Assembly (NCBI GenBank): GCA_030704615.1
Contig: CM060731.1
Coordinates: forward strand, 26,660,001-26,724,000
Direction: 5' to 3'
Length of the DNA: 64,000 nucleotides
DNA from: Takakia lepidozioides
Taxonomy: Eukaryota > Plantae > Bryophyta
Position numbers and translations under genes: made by a program
In this document: piece after piece, positions 61,521 to 64,000 of the stretch
Position numbering within the stretch: the stretch's first letter is position 1
How the letters are laid out: every line of letters starts with the position of its first letter
The notes under the pieces: generated by a model
What the model saw: only the letters and a program-made list of their open reading frames with translations
The model's database searches: none
Told to the model about the DNA's origin: nothing

Positions 61521-62985
61521 GGTGTATCTCCCTTCTCCCTTCCCCAAAACATCCCCAGAAATGGAATTGAAATTGTAGCAGTGGATGGGTGCAGTGGAAC
61601 ATTCCAAAGTGGCATGTGTGCCCAAAAATTTCAAGTAAATACCAAAATGAATATTTGAGGGAACTCAAAAGTGCCAAGAAATTTTACCCTTGGAATAACT
61701 CAGACGTGAATCCATCATTGTGACCTAACAACTTCATCTAAGAACATGTGACCCTCACTTTTCATGTGGATTATACCAATGTTGGGCGGATATTAACTTT
61801 GCCCGCTTTGGGTGTAAAATATTTTTGGTTCTAGATATCCGCCGGTTCCGGATATTACCAACATGATAAACAGCGGATCCGGGTATGCATCCCAGTTACT
61901 ATTTAGGCCGGATATCCACCGGGTATGATACACTGGGTATAGATTTCTTTTTTCACAAATTCATATCCGCAGGTTATGCATCTAGCCGGGTCCTAAAGAA
62001 TGTCGGTTGGGGGTCCGGATAACCTGATATTTGATATACTGCAGTTGATACCCTGATGATTCTATATCCGGCAAGGCAAGGCGGGGGGGGGGGGAAAGAG
62101 AGAACGTGAGCACATGCGCACAGCTCAAGTGAGAACAAAATGGAGTCGTGAGTCGTTTATATACGGAAATAGAATAAACGCAAATAGGGTTCCTACAGCG
62201 AAATAAGGGTTTATGTGCCTATTTATGTCCCTAAACCCTAAACCCTAATGCGAAATAGGCACCCCTAATGTACATCTACAAGCTCCATGTTCCAAATATT
62301 TACCGCTTTGGTATCCTACAAAAGAATAACACACTAGGGAAAACAAAGTTGCAATACTAAACCAACACCATCCAAAACACACAAATACCAAACAATAATT
62401 TGAACAATTAAATATAATGAGGCAAACAATGGGTTTCGCCTGCGAAATAATTCAAGGTATCGAGTTCCACCAACGAATTTTCAAGGTATCGTTGCGTATG
62501 TCATTCATCCAATGGTTTCATTGGCGAAACCAATTGAGTTGTGTTTGGTTTTGCATATAAGGGACGACATGAGGTTGTTTTATTTCGCTAACAAATTGTA
62601 CGTGCTTATTGCGTAGACCATTACCCATGCTTTCGTGGGCGGAACAAAATTAATTGTGTCGAGTTTTACATATTAGTGACTGCTACGAGCGTCAACATCA
62701 CATGATTAATATGCAACAAAAATTGTTGTGGGAGATGGCACTAACAGGAAATTCCCTATGCCCCAGCTTCGTGTGACTTGTGCTCATGTGAACAGAAATT
62801 ACCAAATGTTTCGCATTTCGTTTGACGTGACCACGATTTAGTTTCGCTAAAGTATTTACCCAAGAATATTCTTGGAATATTCAGAATATTCTCTTCTGCT
62901 CCCGTGAGCAGGCGCACGGAGGGGGGAGCCTACGCACATGCTACCCACCCTCCGGCAAGCGTGTAGGTAAGACCTATGTTGGCAT

Positions 62986-63356
62986 TGTTGGAATTCGACA
63001 GAGAATAGAGGTAAAAGATGAACTGATTACGGAGAACTCTCCACCCAACCATAGGACCACAACAAACTCTGTGTCCACCCTCCGAGCTCTCCCTATTTAT
63101 ACTCAAAGTGTAATCCAGAAATAGCTGAGATAACTATAGCATAACTCCATGCTTTTACTTAAGTTATCTCCACCTGCTATTCTGGTACAATGACTTGAGT
63201 CACTAATAACTGAAGCTAACTTTAGCTATCTCTTAGCTAACCGAGGCTTATCTCTATTGTTAACTGTGACTTGTCCGCACTCCTATTATGGAAGCCTGAC
63301 TTGTCATCACAGTAACTCTAGGTAGTAGTAACTTGGTCAGGAGTTGATTTCCAACA
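62986..63356 (-). mobile_element. Solo LTR (371 bp)
   Basis: TGTTGGAA...TTCCAACA termini, flanks ggcat/tgcat (4/5 TSD match), and tataaatagggg on the minus strand near 63090. Confidence 0.75.
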
Positions 63357-64000
63357 TGCATGACATTAGAGCATGTATTGCCCATTAGATCAAGGCACAA
63401 TTGATAGATGTCATATCACTCTTGTCACACTGAATTAGGTCACAAAGGTGGGATTACTTGCAAACCCCAAGGAATCATGTTCCCGTACCTCTCCGGTAAC
63501 TACTTCAAATCGCTTCCTAACATCAGCACTCATTTCGGGCTCTTCATAGGCTCCATGAGCGTGTACGATGCAGATGCTAGTGCGGTTACAGTTAGCATAG
63601 ACAATGAGGGGGGTCAGTTTCACCTTCACAAGAAGGGACTGTCAACCCAATCAGTGTAACTCCCATTTGGTGTCACAAAATTGACCAAATATGAAAAATA
63701 CAAAGAATAAGTGACGGAACGGGGTGACATGGACTGGGGTGGCAGACCCTACACCTCATAGCTACCATCACCATCACCTTACCAGCAAACTGCTAGTCTT
63801 CATACAACAACCTAAAATATTCAATAGTGAGGATGGGGTAAGAGGGGCCGGGGAGAAAAACCCGAAGCAGCCCCATGTCACTCGGGTCACTATTAAGCAT
63901 TAAGCATAATGCATATAATTTTGTGTAGTTGATGAACAAGTTGTTGGACATAAGATGACTGGTCAGTCACTATGAGGTATAGGCTTCAATTTATGCTGGG

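Noticed and set aside
62232-62248. Telomere repeat (taaaccctaaaccctaa)
   Set aside because: Only about two units; at most a telo-box-like motif, not an interstitial telomere.

Overview
Eukaryotic, intron-rich land-plant DNA, probably a bryophyte (inferred from an intron-containing, secretory-type polyphenol oxidase and the repeat content). There is one assembly gap (N, 5468-5967). Three apparently intact host genes are present: an OCRE/G-patch RNA-processing protein (+, ~21.2-27.0 kb), a 15-exon cobalamin-independent methionine synthase (-, 34378-42129) and a 4-exon polyphenol oxidase with a non-canonical active site (-, 45442-48913). The rest is a dense mosaic of mobile DNA. It includes a full-length piggyBac element with perfect 17-bp TIRs (54696-59374), a Mutator-like transposase pseudogene with a GCM-type DNA-binding domain beside a 116-bp hairpin tandem array, and a 5.5-kb TIR-bounded element carrying an unrecognised multi-exon gene nested in an LTR. 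Also present are a decayed gene with tandem FCP1/NIF phosphatase-like domains, a modular Helitron-like family, tRNA-derived SINEs, MITE/foldback elements, LINE and Gypsy fragments, and a solo LTR. Three otherwise unrelated tandem arrays share the same TGCG-YCAA-CGCA palindrome core. All calls come from reading the sequence by eye; no database search was run.
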